Counted from the first letter of the stretch, positions 1-10,099 are shown. The stretch: DNA of 64,000 nucleotides from an uncultured Candidatus Bathyarchaeia archaeon (GCA_964506435.1 CAZDLK010000002.1:16384-80383), one strand, 5' to 3'. The notes: a model not told the origin generated them from the sequence alone. Numbers and translations are program-made.

Positions 1-2711
1 ATGTCAAGCGCGTAACCAGGAAATTCTGGGCTATATTGTACTAAATCGATTTTAACATCAAACTGTGTTGAAGTTGATTTCACAGCTTTAAACCTGAGTT
101 TCCAATTTCCAGCGCCATCTCGGAAATTCGTTGGATTAGAAGTGATAATTTGAGAAATTGTCACGTCAGAAGTGCCAAGAGTAGCTGATTTGTATCCGTC
201 CTCACCGATTAACGCGTAACGACCTTCCTGATAGTTCCATAACGCAAAGTTTGCACTTAAGCCCTCAACAGTTGAACTAGAATCTATCGCCCAAACTAGC
301 TGTGTCCAATCTTGCGTATTTGATGCCCCCGTAAACTCAATCTCACACGCATATTCACTTGCAGAGCTGCAAGTGCAATAGATACTATATTCGCGACTTT
401 CATGTGAGAAGCTCGCTGAACTGGGATAGTTACCGTCGTAGGTTCTAGAAAGATAGTGGCCTTGATTGTAGCTACCACCATGGTAGTATAGGAGAACGTC
501 GCCTGCAATGTTTTCCGACCAGACCACTAGAATATAGTTTGTGTCCGCAGTTACAGTTGGCGGACTTGCAAAGTTGAAGGTAACCCAACCGTTTGCATAA
601 ACAGTCTTCTCTTCCGTGCTCGCTATTAAAGAGTGGGATTCCGAATATATTGCCGCTTTCACTTTTGCTGCTGGCTGATACGTGCAGTATATGCTGTATT
701 CGTAGCTATCATGTGAGAAGCTTGCAGAGCTAGGCCAAGCACCATAAGTTTGTGACAGGCTGTGACCTTGGTTCCAAGAACCACTGTGATAGCGCATAGT
801 GATGGCTCCGCCTGCAGAGTTAGACCATGCTACCAGAATGTACTTTGCGCCAGCAGTTATAGTTGGCGGACTTGCAAAGTTAAAGGTAACCCATCCACTT
901 CCAGAAACCGTGACTTCCTCAGTGCTCGCGATTAGGTTGTGTTCTTCTGAATAAATTGCGGCTTTAACTGTTTGAGGCGCAGATGTGTACGTGCAGTAAA
1001 TGCTATATCGATAGCGATCATGGCTAAAGCTCGCAGTGCTAGGATAGTTGCCATCATAAGGTTTCCACTGAGAGTGACCTTGGTTCCGAGATCCAGCACT
1101 GGAATAGTAAAGATACGCGTAGCCGCTGCCCGAGGCTGACCAGACAACCAACACATAACTATTGCCTGCGGTCACACTTGGAGGAGTTTGAAAATTGAAT
1201 GTAACCCACGCTGTACCTGTAGGAACGATTGTTTCTTCTGTTTCAGCAACTTTTGTGTGTGTGCCTTCGTTGTAAATTGCTGCCTTCATGTTTTTCGCAG
1301 AGCCTGTGCATTGTATGCACGCCGTTATGCTCTGGATTGTGCCGCTTTCAGTGCATGTGAAGGATGACCCTCTGATGGTATTCACAATAGAGCTATCAGA
1401 ATAATAGTACTCTTGGTTTGTGTTGCCGAAAGTCGTGCCACCACTGCCATCTAGGTAGGCGGATATGCTTGTTGCAACTCCACTGTAGCTCGCTGTGAAA
1501 AGGGAACCCCTTATCGTGTTCACTATAGAGGCTGTTGAATAATCAACGCTTGTGCGCCCGAAAGCCTGGGACGTAGCAGTTAAAGCCAAGTATGCGGATA
1601 TACTTTGAGCTTGACCTGTAGACGACGAGCGGAATAATGAGCCTGTAATATAATTTTCTGTATCATCCGAGTAAGCTCCGACTTCTGTATAGCCAAAAGT
1701 AGATGGGTCTGTAAAAGTAGAAGCATAAGAATGAAACTGCATGTATTGCCCATTGTCACTTTGCAGGTCTTCTATTGCGCCAGACGCAAGCATTGTCGAA
1801 CCCACCAGGTTAAAATTACTAGGATAATAATCTTGAACAGCAGAACCAAAAGCTTCTGTTAACGTATCATAGACGCCGTCTGGACCATGCTGCTGGGCAG
1901 TGAAGTTACTCTGTGAACCCGCATTCACTGTGCTGCTATTCACGTAGTTTGCATCCTGAGAGGTAGTGTTCCACATGAACGTGGAAGTAATGCGGCTGAA
2001 CGATGCAGCGGCAACCATTATCCCCCGCGTATCCGTCACTTGAATCACGTAACTTGACGGGTCAATGTCCGATGGAATGCCAATCAGGTACGTGCCGTTC
2101 GCGAAAGTTGTCAAGCCACCGCTTGGCGCCGTGAAGAGCCAAGTCAAGTTTGAATACTGATAACGGTAAAACTGGAAGTTCTGTCTGTCCAAATTGACTA
2201 CAGGCTCATCTCCATCTTGAGTTACACTTAGGCACGCTTGACGACTGGAAAGCAAAGTTGAAACTTGCACATCTAAACGACATGACGCGTTGTAACTCAT
2301 GCCGTAAATGCCCAAACCTGTTAAGTCATAATCGACCAGTGCCTGTCCTGCACTATAGCTTTTGTTCGTGAACCAGTTTGCACTTAAATCCAAAGAAGAC
2401 AAGCTGAAGGAAGACCCCCACTCAGGATTAATGTCCGTCATGTTGCCCAGAGCAGTGTTCAAATAATTCGCGGTAAGGCTTTTCGCGTATGAAGAGTTGC
2501 CAGTAACCTGCAGGACAGAGCCATAATAACCCACCGTGAAACCTAAAACCTTCTCCAACGCCAAATTAGATTCATCTACCGCGCTTAAAACTTGAGGCTG
2601 TTCCTGATTTGTAGTGTACCGAAGCGTAGTGTACGTTGTTATAATCGCGCCTACCATCACAACGGCAACCAGCAAAGCCGCAATAATCGAAAACTGGCCT
2701 TTACTGTTCAC
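1..2711 (-). CDS. Large pilin-like surface protein/adhesin (>=903 aa; 3-prime end beyond window) with hydrophobic prepilin-like N-terminus and three tandem 102-107 aa repeats
   Basis: Absent from ORF track because no stop lies in the window. My reverse-strand translation from GTG at 2711 (GGAGGTG 7 nt upstream) stayed open at every segment I spot-checked down to position 1. It starts (M)NSKGQFSIIAALLVAVVMVGAIITTY. Repeat units begin KAAIY at 1286, 965 and 659. Confidence 0.6.
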   Translation of the reverse strand, partial: MNSKGQFSIIAALLVAVVMVGAIITTYTTLRYTTNQEQPQVLSAVDESNLALEKVLGFTVGYYGSVLQVTGNSSYAKSLTANYLNTALGNMTDINPEWGSSFSLSSLDLSANWFTNKSYSAGQALVDYDLTGLGIYGMSYNASCRLDVQVSTLLSSRQACLSVTQDGDEPVVNLDRQNFQFYRYQYSNLTWLFTAPSGGLTTFANGTYLIGIPSDIDPSSYVIQVTDTRGIMVAAASFSRITSTFMWNTTSQDANYVNSSTVNAGSQSNFTAQQHGPDGVYDTLTEAFGSAVQDYYPSNFNLVGSTMLASGAIEDLQSDNGQYMQFHSYASTFTDPSTFGYTEVGAYSDDTENYITGSLFRSSSTGQAQSISAYLALTATSQAFGRTSVDYSTASIVNTIRGSLFTASYSGVATSISAYLDGSGGTTFGNTNQEYYYSDSSIVNTIRGSSFTCTESGTIQSITACIQCTGSAKNMKAAIYNEGTHTKVAETEETIVPTGTAWVTFNFQTPPSVTAGNSYVLVVWSASGSGYAYLYYSSAGSRNQGHSQWKPYDGNYPSTASFSHDRYRYSIYCTYTSAPQTVKAAIYSEEHNLIASTEEVTVSGSGWVTFNFASPPTITAGAKYILVAWSNSAGGAITMRYHSGSWNQGHSLSQTYGAWPSSASFSHDSYEYSIYCTYQPAAKVKAAIYSESHSLIASTEEKTVYANGWVTFNFASPPTVTADTNYILVVWSENIAGDVLLYYHGGSYNQGHYLSRTYDGNYPSSASFSHESREYSIYCTCSSASEYACEIEFTGASNTQDWTQLVWAIDSSSTVEGLSANFALWNYQEGRYALIGEDGYKSATLGTSDVTISQIITSNPTNFRDGAGNWKLRFKAVKSTSTQFDVKIDLVQYSPEFPGYALD

Positions 2712-2713
2712 TT

Positions 2714-4021
2714 TTAGACACCTCCAACTAAACCAAGCTCCAGAACAACGACTCTAGACGTGTCAGAAGCCGTATACTTAGAAGGATAAAGCTCCGGATG
2801 ATAATAGGAAAGAAGGCTGATAGCGGTAAGCCGAATATCTGGAGTTCTCGTTAAACCCAACGCCAAAAGCGAACCGGTAATGTCACTAGAACCACTAACA
2901 TGGTTGTATATGGCGCCCGGAAGGTAAGTTCCAACTGGATCAAACACGTAAAGCCCAACGCGGAGATTGTAACCAGAAAGAATCGACAATGCCCTTGTCG
3001 AAGTTTGGTATGATGAAGGATAAATCCCATAATAGTTGCAGTAGTTAACAACGGTGGCGTTGAGAGTAACAACGCCGACAGAACTCATAACGCCACTGCT
3101 ATCATAGTTGTATGGTTGATTGTTCAAACCTTGGAGAAACGCTCTTATTCCTGCTTCTGAAACTCTGCTCATGCCATATATGCCCCAACCATTTTGGGTG
3201 TCATCAAAATACGCCGTGTTTGAAACATAATAAAACGGGTAGCCTACAATGCTAGCCCAAGTCCAATTGTACTGGTTGGTTTTTTGCCCTACAAAATGGC
3301 AATAGCGTGAATATGAATAATCGGAATATGGCGCTGTGCAGTACGCTGTGGGTATCGGAACAGCTTCTCCAAACGTGTTAATGATAACAGCGTTCTGAAC
3401 CATTTCATTTCCCCTCTCAGCAGGGTCAGTTGAAAGTTTTTGGCCGTCAAATAGCTGCCTAAGCTGATCTGTGCTGTTCACCATCACGGTTACTTTGAAG
3501 TAGCGGTTCAACATGTCTTTCAAATCTTGTGCTAGGCTCTGGGCTGTGTAGCCTGTGACCCACCAGCCGTTTGCGTCGTTGCAATTTAGGATGTACAATG
3601 TCGTGTTGATTGTTTCTGGAGTAAAAGCGAAAGTCACGTTAGTCGAAGTCACGAAATACGAGGAAGAATCCGATGAAACGCCTAAACTCTCAGCGTTAGA
3701 AATAGTCCTGTTAAACTTGTAGAGCGCAGCGCCGCTTACGCTACTGTCAACCTCGTAAACCGTTAGGTTATATACCACGTCAGGCGGCAGCGAAGCTGAA
3801 AGCGCAACTTGAAGCCCACTCCAAAGTGTAGGGTCGTTCGAAAAGACAGCTTGACTCAAGTCATGGTCTGCATCCAGCATCTGCAGCGTAGTTAACGCCA
3901 AACGCCTAAGGTTGACGGGCGACACTTCCTCTGACTCAGGCAAAACAGCAAACGAAGATGCAATAATAAATGCTCCAGCAAGGATGACTATTACAAGTAG
4001 AATTTCAACTGAACGCATCAT
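2714..4021 (-). CDS. Pilin-like secreted protein (435 aa) with N-terminal hydrophobic helix and many N-X-S/T sequons
   Basis: ORF track. N-terminus is MMRSVEILLVIVILAGAFIIASSF. It sits 2 nt upstream of the next gene and 1 nt after the previous one, inside the pilus operon. Confidence 0.5.
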   Translation of the reverse strand: MMRSVEILLVIVILAGAFIIASSFAVLPESEEVSPVNLRRLALTTLQMLDADHDLSQAVFSNDPTLWSGLQVALSASLPPDVVYNLTVYEVDSSVSGAALYKFNRTISNAESLGVSSDSSSYFVTSTNVTFAFTPETINTTLYILNCNDANGWWVTGYTAQSLAQDLKDMLNRYFKVTVMVNSTDQLRQLFDGQKLSTDPAERGNEMVQNAVIINTFGEAVPIPTAYCTAPYSDYSYSRYCHFVGQKTNQYNWTWASIVGYPFYYVSNTAYFDDTQNGWGIYGMSRVSEAGIRAFLQGLNNQPYNYDSSGVMSSVGVVTLNATVVNYCNYYGIYPSSYQTSTRALSILSGYNLRVGLYVFDPVGTYLPGAIYNHVSGSSDITGSLLALGLTRTPDIRLTAISLLSYYHPELYPSKYTASDTSRVVVLELGLVGGV

Positions 4022-4022
4022 A

Positions 4023-5219
4023 TTACCCTACCACCTGAACCCCCTGCAAGCTCCACAACGAAAGCTGCGCCTGATACGCTATGCCGTTCACTGTCACTTG
4101 ACGCATGTCAGTCGCCACCCAATCCCGTCCAGCGGAGTTACCTCCGAACGTGACTGGAAAGGTCAAAGCACCCACTCCCCAAGGCATCACGGCAACACCG
4201 CCACTTCCCGCATCATTTTTGTATGCGATTACCAGAATCACCGCATCGTTTTGAGCGGTGAGGGATGCTGGGGCATGACCTGCGCCAGACCAGACTTCGC
4301 CCGCGGCGTTGCCCTGTAACTCGAAATTCTCATTAGATAATTTAACAGAGGTTGTGTTGTACGCTAACCTTTCTGAAGATGAAGCGGTGTTTGGGACATC
4401 AGAACTATGCGCCAGAAGAATTTCATTTTCAGAAAGAGAGTTAACAAACGGAATTATCCGTTGGCTTCCAGAAAAGTCAGGTACATAGAAGCCCATGCCA
4501 GTAAGACCGCCAACATGAGTATAAGCAACAAAAACGTAAGTCCAACTCTCATCTAGCGCAAACGTAACTGTCGCGGTACCAGCCGCGTCGGTGGTAACTG
4601 TGTCAGCTTGGGCTGCTTCCGTCAGAAATTCAGGGTAATCTCCGTTCAGCGAAATAGGCAAGAGATAATAGCTAACAGGAGCGTATGCAATCGGAAAACT
4701 GACACCATCAACTCCGATTAGCAGTTCCAACGTGCCATCTGAGCGTTGCTCCTCAATACTGAAAGTAACCACGGGCGTCAGCGTCAGTTGAAAACCATAC
4801 GTGCCGTTTATTCCAAGCATCGTCAACGCTGAAGAATAGTTTATGACAATGTCATCCTTCATGGGCATCAACAAAGAGTTGCCAAAACCCACAGGGGCAT
4901 TACTGTACGTTATGCCTTCTTTCTCGTAATAAACAGGAATTCCCGTTGACGAGTTCAAACGCATAAGCGAAAACGGATTAAGCACATACCGCGTAAACTC
5001 AGGGTCCTGCAGCCCGAAAAACACCCATTCAGCAGTTGCAGCGTTATTCGGAGTCAACAGCATGGTATCTAACAAGTCGCTGCACTTTGTTGCAGACGCA
5101 CTGTGCTGTTGGTAAACCACCGCACTTTGAATACTTTGACCGAAAAGACCGATGAAAAGCAGCAGCGCCGCTAAGAAAATGATAAGCGAAACCAAGTGGT
5201 CGATAGTTGCGCCCGCCAA
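4023..5219 (-). CDS. Pilin-like secreted protein (398 aa)
   Basis: TTG start. N-terminus MAGATIDHLVSLIIFLAALLLFIGLF has a short charged leader, then a hydrophobic helix with an acidic residue near the putative cleavage site. Operon context. Confidence 0.5.
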   Translation of the reverse strand: MAGATIDHLVSLIIFLAALLLFIGLFGQSIQSAVVYQQHSASATKCSDLLDTMLLTPNNAATAEWVFFGLQDPEFTRYVLNPFSLMRLNSSTGIPVYYEKEGITYSNAPVGFGNSLLMPMKDDIVINYSSALTMLGINGTYGFQLTLTPVVTFSIEEQRSDGTLELLIGVDGVSFPIAYAPVSYYLLPISLNGDYPEFLTEAAQADTVTTDAAGTATVTFALDESWTYVFVAYTHVGGLTGMGFYVPDFSGSQRIIPFVNSLSENEILLAHSSDVPNTASSSERLAYNTTSVKLSNENFELQGNAAGEVWSGAGHAPASLTAQNDAVILVIAYKNDAGSGGVAVMPWGVGALTFPVTFGGNSAGRDWVATDMRQVTVNGIAYQAQLSLWSLQGVQVVG

Positions 5220-5232
5220 GCTATTTCATCTC

Positions 5233-5706
5233 CTATGACCCGAAAGATAGCGTGATTGTTTGGTTGCTGAACTTTTCAGCCCGCAAGTACGCACTACTGG
5301 AGTTGCTCATGAAAGTCGTGTAGTCTGTTCGCCATTCAACGTTCTGTCCTAAGGTAATTGTCTCAGTAGCCGAGTTTGCAGCACCCTTGAAGGTTAGAGT
5401 TAGTTCCAGAATTTTGGAGCCTGAAGCAGGTTTTAACGTCACGGTTGTAGTGTACGCGTAGCCGTCGATGAAGAGTGGAACATCTAGTTTGTTTGTAACG
5501 TCAGCTGTTGGGATGACAGTGTAATTCAAAGAGAGATACGTTTGCTGAATGAAGCTTCCCAAGTGGCTTGCTGTTTCTTGCAGGGCAAGCGTTCTGCTGG
5601 AGTCCGTCCACCCGTTCATTACCAAGTTGGCGACGAAGGGGAAAAGGAAAATCTGCAAGACTAAGAGCGGAAGCAGGATGACATATTCGATAGTTACGTG
5701 TGCCAC
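5233..5706 (-). CDS. Small pilin-like protein (157 aa)
   Basis: N-terminus MAHVTIEYVILLPLLVLQIFLF parallels ATIDHLVSLIIF of the neighbouring gene. Operon context. Confidence 0.45.
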   Translation of the reverse strand: MAHVTIEYVILLPLLVLQIFLFPFVANLVMNGWTDSSRTLALQETASHLGSFIQQTYLSLNYTVIPTADVTNKLDVPLFIDGYAYTTTVTLKPASGSKILELTLTFKGAANSATETITLGQNVEWRTDYTTFMSNSSSAYLRAEKFSNQTITLSFGS

Positions 5707-5725
5707 TTGTTTTCCCCCATAGTTT

Positions 5726-6490
5726 TCACGTGTACATTCCGAACGAAACTGTCACGTTACCAACGTAAATTTCGACAACAACATCATCAAAACCAGAAAA
5801 CGAAATAAGCTGAGTGGACGAGGCAAAATTGAAGAAATCCTCTGTGAAACCTCGCGATGCAGATGGGAAGGCAAGAGTTATTCGTACTTGAGTAACACTG
5901 CTTTTCGTTGTCTTGGTGACGCTGTTTCCTGTGAGCGTTATAGACTGAGAAAGGTATTCGCTTCCTGTTTCAGTGAGGGACGGCAGATAAAACTTAACAT
6001 ATGTTGTCCCAATTACGGTCGAGTTTAAGGTTCTTATTGATGGAACAGCAACGACTCGCGTGTAGCTTCCGTCAGACATTGGCAGTTTTTCCCTAGCGAA
6101 TACACGAGCCACGGCTGCTGCTGAGCCATTCTGCAGAAAAGAATCGCTGGATGATGGAAAGATGCGTTCAAAGTAATTGTTACCATACGTAATCATACTT
6201 GTTGGCACATTATACAGGATAATGCCTGTTGTGGTGGTGAGAACAGTATGCCATGAGCCGTCATATACTTCGAAGGTATATGTCAGAGCTGAAGGCTCAA
6301 ACGCTACGCTTCCGTACCTGCTTGAGTAGCGAACTGTCTGCGTGCGCCCAATAGTCCATGCTACATCGTCAACCTGAAGCCCAGTCGTAAGCATGAACTG
6401 TTTACTGGAGCTAAACTCGTTCTCAGCAAGCCGCGTGTCTAGGAAATTATTTGCGAAAACAATCGTCACCAGCAGCAACGAGACGATCAT
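5726..6490 (-). CDS. Archaeal prepilin-like protein. The annotated ATG probably truncates a class III signal peptide encoded in-frame upstream (to about 6547).
   Basis: In-frame upstream codons 6491-6547 read LRSDKRAVSPAISTVILTG, followed by MIVSLLLVTIVF. This is the KRAVSP-type archaeal pilin/archaellin N-terminal motif. There is no ATG/GTG/TTG between it and the in-frame TAG at 6581-6583. Confidence 0.55.
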   Translation of the reverse strand: MIVSLLLVTIVFANNFLDTRLAENEFSSSKQFMLTTGLQVDDVAWTIGRTQTVRYSSRYGSVAFEPSALTYTFEVYDGSWHTVLTTTTGIILYNVPTSMITYGNNYFERIFPSSSDSFLQNGSAAAVARVFAREKLPMSDGSYTRVVAVPSIRTLNSTVIGTTYVKFYLPSLTETGSEYLSQSITLTGNSVTKTTKSSVTQVRITLAFPSASRGFTEDFFNFASSTQLISFSGFDDVVVEIYVGNVTVSFGMYT

Positions 6491-6580
6491 ACCTGTCAGT
6501 ATGACCGTTGAAATCGCTGGACTAACAGCTCGTTTATCGCTCCTTAAACTCCAATACCTAAACCGCGTATGTCTCCTCTC

Positions 6581-8281
6581 CTACCCGAATTTTACGAACA
6601 TCGGCACCAACTTCGCAGCTACAACAGCCAGTATCACAAGTATAGCCGCATGCTTGAAACCTGCAGCAACTGATTCCTCACTTATTTTTCCAGCCACTAC
6701 ACCTATGAGGTAACTGTGGAAGATTGCAGACGTGACGAACGTTGTTACCATCAGCGTCATGTCTTTTGGCGGACCCGTTTGGCCAATGGTAAGTGTGCCT
6801 GACGTGAAACTTATCATCATAACCGTTGTCGCCACAAGCATGATAGCCGCGAAGTATGGCATCATGATGTAAGGGCGAACCGCCATTTTCTTTTCTTTTT
6901 CAACATCCTGAGTTAACGTGTTAAATCTAGAAAGTGACTCAATCATGGCGATTGTACCTCCGCCGACATCTATGGCTTCCACAAGGAGGAACATGACTAT
7001 CTGAGTCATCCAGCTTTTCGTTCGTTTAAGAAAGTCCATGATGACTTTTTTCACGGGTATGCCCCAAGAAATTTCTGAGCTTATTTTGCGCAGTTGCTTC
7101 GTGAATGCACCATAATCGCGTGTGGATAAGCTTTCGATGCATTTTTCTGGAGATAACCCTGTTTTCCTAACTTCAGTCAGGTCTCTAAGGAAACTGCTGA
7201 TGCCTCGCTCCATGCTGTTTTTCTCGCTTGCCAGTTTTTCGTACACGATAGCCGCTGGAGCTGTCGCAACAAACAGTGCAATGGATATTGCGATAGGCAA
7301 ATCGATTAGGCTTTGAAGCGGACTTAAGAAGGGGATCTGTATGTATCCCATGAAGTTTGTGAGCACCAAGAACAGGACAATGGCGAGTACGCTGCAGCCG
7401 CCGAATACTTTGTACGGGGTCATGTCCACCAGCGGCGTTTTTGGCTGCATGCTGTGGGCTAAGTAAATGAACAATAGGGACATCATTGGCGTGAACAAGT
7501 AAGTGTATAGTATCATGCCTTCGAACGATGAGGCGCCTATGCTGTAGACTTGCTCTACGCTGAACAGTATGTAAAAGCACAGTGACATCATAACCATGAC
7601 GATTATGAATGTTTCTAAAAGCATGCCGAGACGTTCTGCAGCGGCTTTAACGCGCATAGCGCGCATTTTGAATATGTCTTCTGCTTTTCGTTCAAGGAAG
7701 TGGCCTATGTCTCCGCCGATAATCACTGTGGACGCGTAGCCTGAGAGAAAGTCTTTGAAAACTTCCAAAGGATTCTTTTTTGCTGCAATCCCCAAAGCTG
7801 TAAGCGGGTCTATTCCGAAAATTTCCACGTCTTTGACTATTTCCCTTGCTTCGCCTCGCATCGCAGGCATCAAGTCTATTTCTGAAAGGCGTTTGAAACT
7901 GGTGTAAGGCGCTATGCCTCCTGACGCCATAACGCTGACGTAGGCTGCGGTGAAAGGGATTTCTCTTTCCAGAATACTTGCTCTATCGCTTGCGCGGGAT
8001 ATTGGTACTAACATGAAACCCGCCATGGCATAAAGCGGGAAAGGAACCAAGAAGATAATGGGCATGAACCCGTAGAAATACAAAATTAGCAGGGATATTA
8101 CGCTAACGGGGATAGTTAATGTGCCCGCTAAAAACATCATTGAAACGTAGGTTTCAGGGTAAATCTTAATTTTTGCCCTGTCCAACATACTTTTAAATTC
8201 GAAAACGTTCTTCAGAAACTTTGGCGCTAAGCCGCCGAAGATGCGGAACGACCACGCCTCAATCTTCTTTGCGAACGGCAA
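6581..8281 (-). CDS. Polytopic membrane platform protein of type IV pilus/archaellum systems (FlaJ/TadC/PilC family)
   Basis: 566 aa with multiple TM segments flanking two soluble domains. It lies immediately downstream of, and overlaps by 23 nt, the FlaI-type ATPase gene. Confidence 0.8.
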   Translation of the reverse strand: MPFAKKIEAWSFRIFGGLAPKFLKNVFEFKSMLDRAKIKIYPETYVSMMFLAGTLTIPVSVISLLILYFYGFMPIIFLVPFPLYAMAGFMLVPISRASDRASILEREIPFTAAYVSVMASGGIAPYTSFKRLSEIDLMPAMRGEAREIVKDVEIFGIDPLTALGIAAKKNPLEVFKDFLSGYASTVIIGGDIGHFLERKAEDIFKMRAMRVKAAAERLGMLLETFIIVMVMMSLCFYILFSVEQVYSIGASSFEGMILYTYLFTPMMSLLFIYLAHSMQPKTPLVDMTPYKVFGGCSVLAIVLFLVLTNFMGYIQIPFLSPLQSLIDLPIAISIALFVATAPAAIVYEKLASEKNSMERGISSFLRDLTEVRKTGLSPEKCIESLSTRDYGAFTKQLRKISSEISWGIPVKKVIMDFLKRTKSWMTQIVMFLLVEAIDVGGGTIAMIESLSRFNTLTQDVEKEKKMAVRPYIMMPYFAAIMLVATTVMMISFTSGTLTIGQTGPPKDMTLMVTTFVTSAIFHSYLIGVVAGKISEESVAAGFKHAAILVILAVVAAKLVPMFVKFG

Positions 8282-9863
8282 TTGCTCCTACTTCCTCCCC
8301 TGCGAGAACTTTTTCGTAAGTGTATTTGGGCCTCGTAGAATATTCTGCGATTATGGCTGCAACACTCTTGTAGCTTCTTATGTTGCGTTCTCGCATCCAG
8401 TGCAAAACGGCTTTTCGTCTATTGATTTCTTCGAACAACTCTTTTTTGCTTACTCCCTGCCGTTCAGACAGTGACGATAATACTGCACTGCTTTCCAAGT
8501 CAATTGTGTGCTCATCTTTGGCGGCGTTCCACTTGAAGGCTGTCCGGTAGTCTTCATAATTCGCAATCTCACTGGCTGTGATGACGCGCCTGAACGCTTT
8601 TTTCTCGCCGCCTCTAATGAGGTGAACCCGTTGTATTGAAAGAACAATGTGCATTAATGGAATATACGCGGGCGAAATTTCCATCGGTTTCTGAGTTAGA
8701 CGCTTTACTGCTGAATCCAAGTCTTCCGCGTGCATGGTGCACATACCGCCGTGACCGGTGGCTAAGGCTTGGAAAAGCACATAAGCTTCTTGGCCTCTGA
8801 TTTCGCCTACAACTAGCACGTCGGGACGATGCCGCATTGAAGTTTTCACAAGGTCGAATAAGGCTACTTCACCGACGTTGCTTCCGCCTAAACCATAACT
8901 CTGTCTGGCAATGAGTGAAACCCAGTTTTCATGGGGCAAGTTAAGCTCCGCGGTTTCTTCGATGGTAATGATTTTGCTGCCTGGCTTAATCAAGCATGCC
9001 AAGGCGTTAAGCGCGGTGGTTTTGCCTGCTGCTGTTCCGCCTAGAACCATGATGGAGGCGCGGTTTTCGAGGCAAACCCAAAGGTAAGCAGCCATTTCCT
9101 CCGAAAACGTGCCAATATTTATCAAGTCTATAATGGAGTAGGGGTCTTCCCTGAATTTTCGGATGGTGAACGCTGTCCCGAACGGTGTGACTTCTCGCCT
9201 GTAACAGACTGCAAGCCTGTGCTTGCCTGGAAGAGAAGCGTCAACTATGGGGAAAGCGGAACTGACGTGCTTTCCAGCCATGTGCACGAGTTTTACTACA
9301 GTGTTATCGAGGAGTTCATCGCTTTCAAACTGTAGGTTTGTTTCGATGCTTTCGTATTTTCTGTGCCATATATAGATGGGTTTGTTTACTCCGTCGCAGG
9401 AGACATCTTCGATGTTCGGGTCGCGCATTAATGGGTCGATTTTGCCGAAGCCAACGAGGTCTCTTTCTGCATGGTAAAGAATCTTGTACCATGAAACGTC
9501 AGGAAGCCAGCCTAAGCTAATTCGGTATTTATCCACGATTTTTTTTGCTTCTTCCGCAAAGAACTTGCGCGGATCAGCGATTTCTTCTTTCGGAGACTCT
9601 ATCTCCGCGAGCAAAATCTCTAAAATACGATTGTAGACGCCTCTTTCAAGCGGGTCCAGTTGGAGTTCATCAAGTATGTACTTGTGTTCGCCTGTTTGGG
9701 GGTTTTGAACTATAACAACGTGTGCAAAAGGTTCATACAAAGGGTACTTGTCGATTACTTTGTACCCTTTCGGTAAAGGTTTAGGCGCAACTGGCGCTTG
9801 CTCTTCGCCTTTTTTGGGTTTTTTGATGTTTGCTAGCGTATCTTTGCGGCGTAGTTTGGGCAT
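8259..9863 (-). CDS. Type II/IV secretion-family ATPase (FlaI/PilB/VirB11-like) of an archaeal type IV pilus
   Basis: Walker A GGTAAGKTTALNAL, Walker B-like DVLVVGEIRGQEA, His-box TGHGGMCTMHA. 534 aa. Confidence 0.9.
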   Translation of the reverse strand: MPKLRRKDTLANIKKPKKGEEQAPVAPKPLPKGYKVIDKYPLYEPFAHVVIVQNPQTGEHKYILDELQLDPLERGVYNRILEILLAEIESPKEEIADPRKFFAEEAKKIVDKYRISLGWLPDVSWYKILYHAERDLVGFGKIDPLMRDPNIEDVSCDGVNKPIYIWHRKYESIETNLQFESDELLDNTVVKLVHMAGKHVSSAFPIVDASLPGKHRLAVCYRREVTPFGTAFTIRKFREDPYSIIDLINIGTFSEEMAAYLWVCLENRASIMVLGGTAAGKTTALNALACLIKPGSKIITIEETAELNLPHENWVSLIARQSYGLGGSNVGEVALFDLVKTSMRHRPDVLVVGEIRGQEAYVLFQALATGHGGMCTMHAEDLDSAVKRLTQKPMEISPAYIPLMHIVLSIQRVHLIRGGEKKAFRRVITASEIANYEDYRTAFKWNAAKDEHTIDLESSAVLSSLSERQGVSKKELFEEINRRKAVLHWMRERNIRSYKSVAAIIAEYSTRPKYTYEKVLAGEEVGAIAVRKED

Positions 9864-10099
9864 TACAATTCTCCGGTAAGTATTTCTCCGTTAAGTAGGG
9901 CAGGTTCCGCAATATTAAATATTATGTATTCAGACACAATATTGATGATCTGTGCAACACATCTACAACCTCTACGGCAACACCAAAAAACACAACACAA
10001 GCCACGCCCAAAACCCAAACAAAATGACTGGCAATTCTAACTTCAAAAAGCACCTTTACACATCAATTGTAATGGAGTTCTGCCTCACATGGTTCAGGC

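Noticed and set aside
6581-6583. Read-through of the TAG (for example pyrrolysine), fusing the FlaJ-like protein to the prepilin
   Set aside because: No pyl genes are seen. A platform-pilin fusion makes no topological sense. A lost or miscalled start codon is the simpler explanation.
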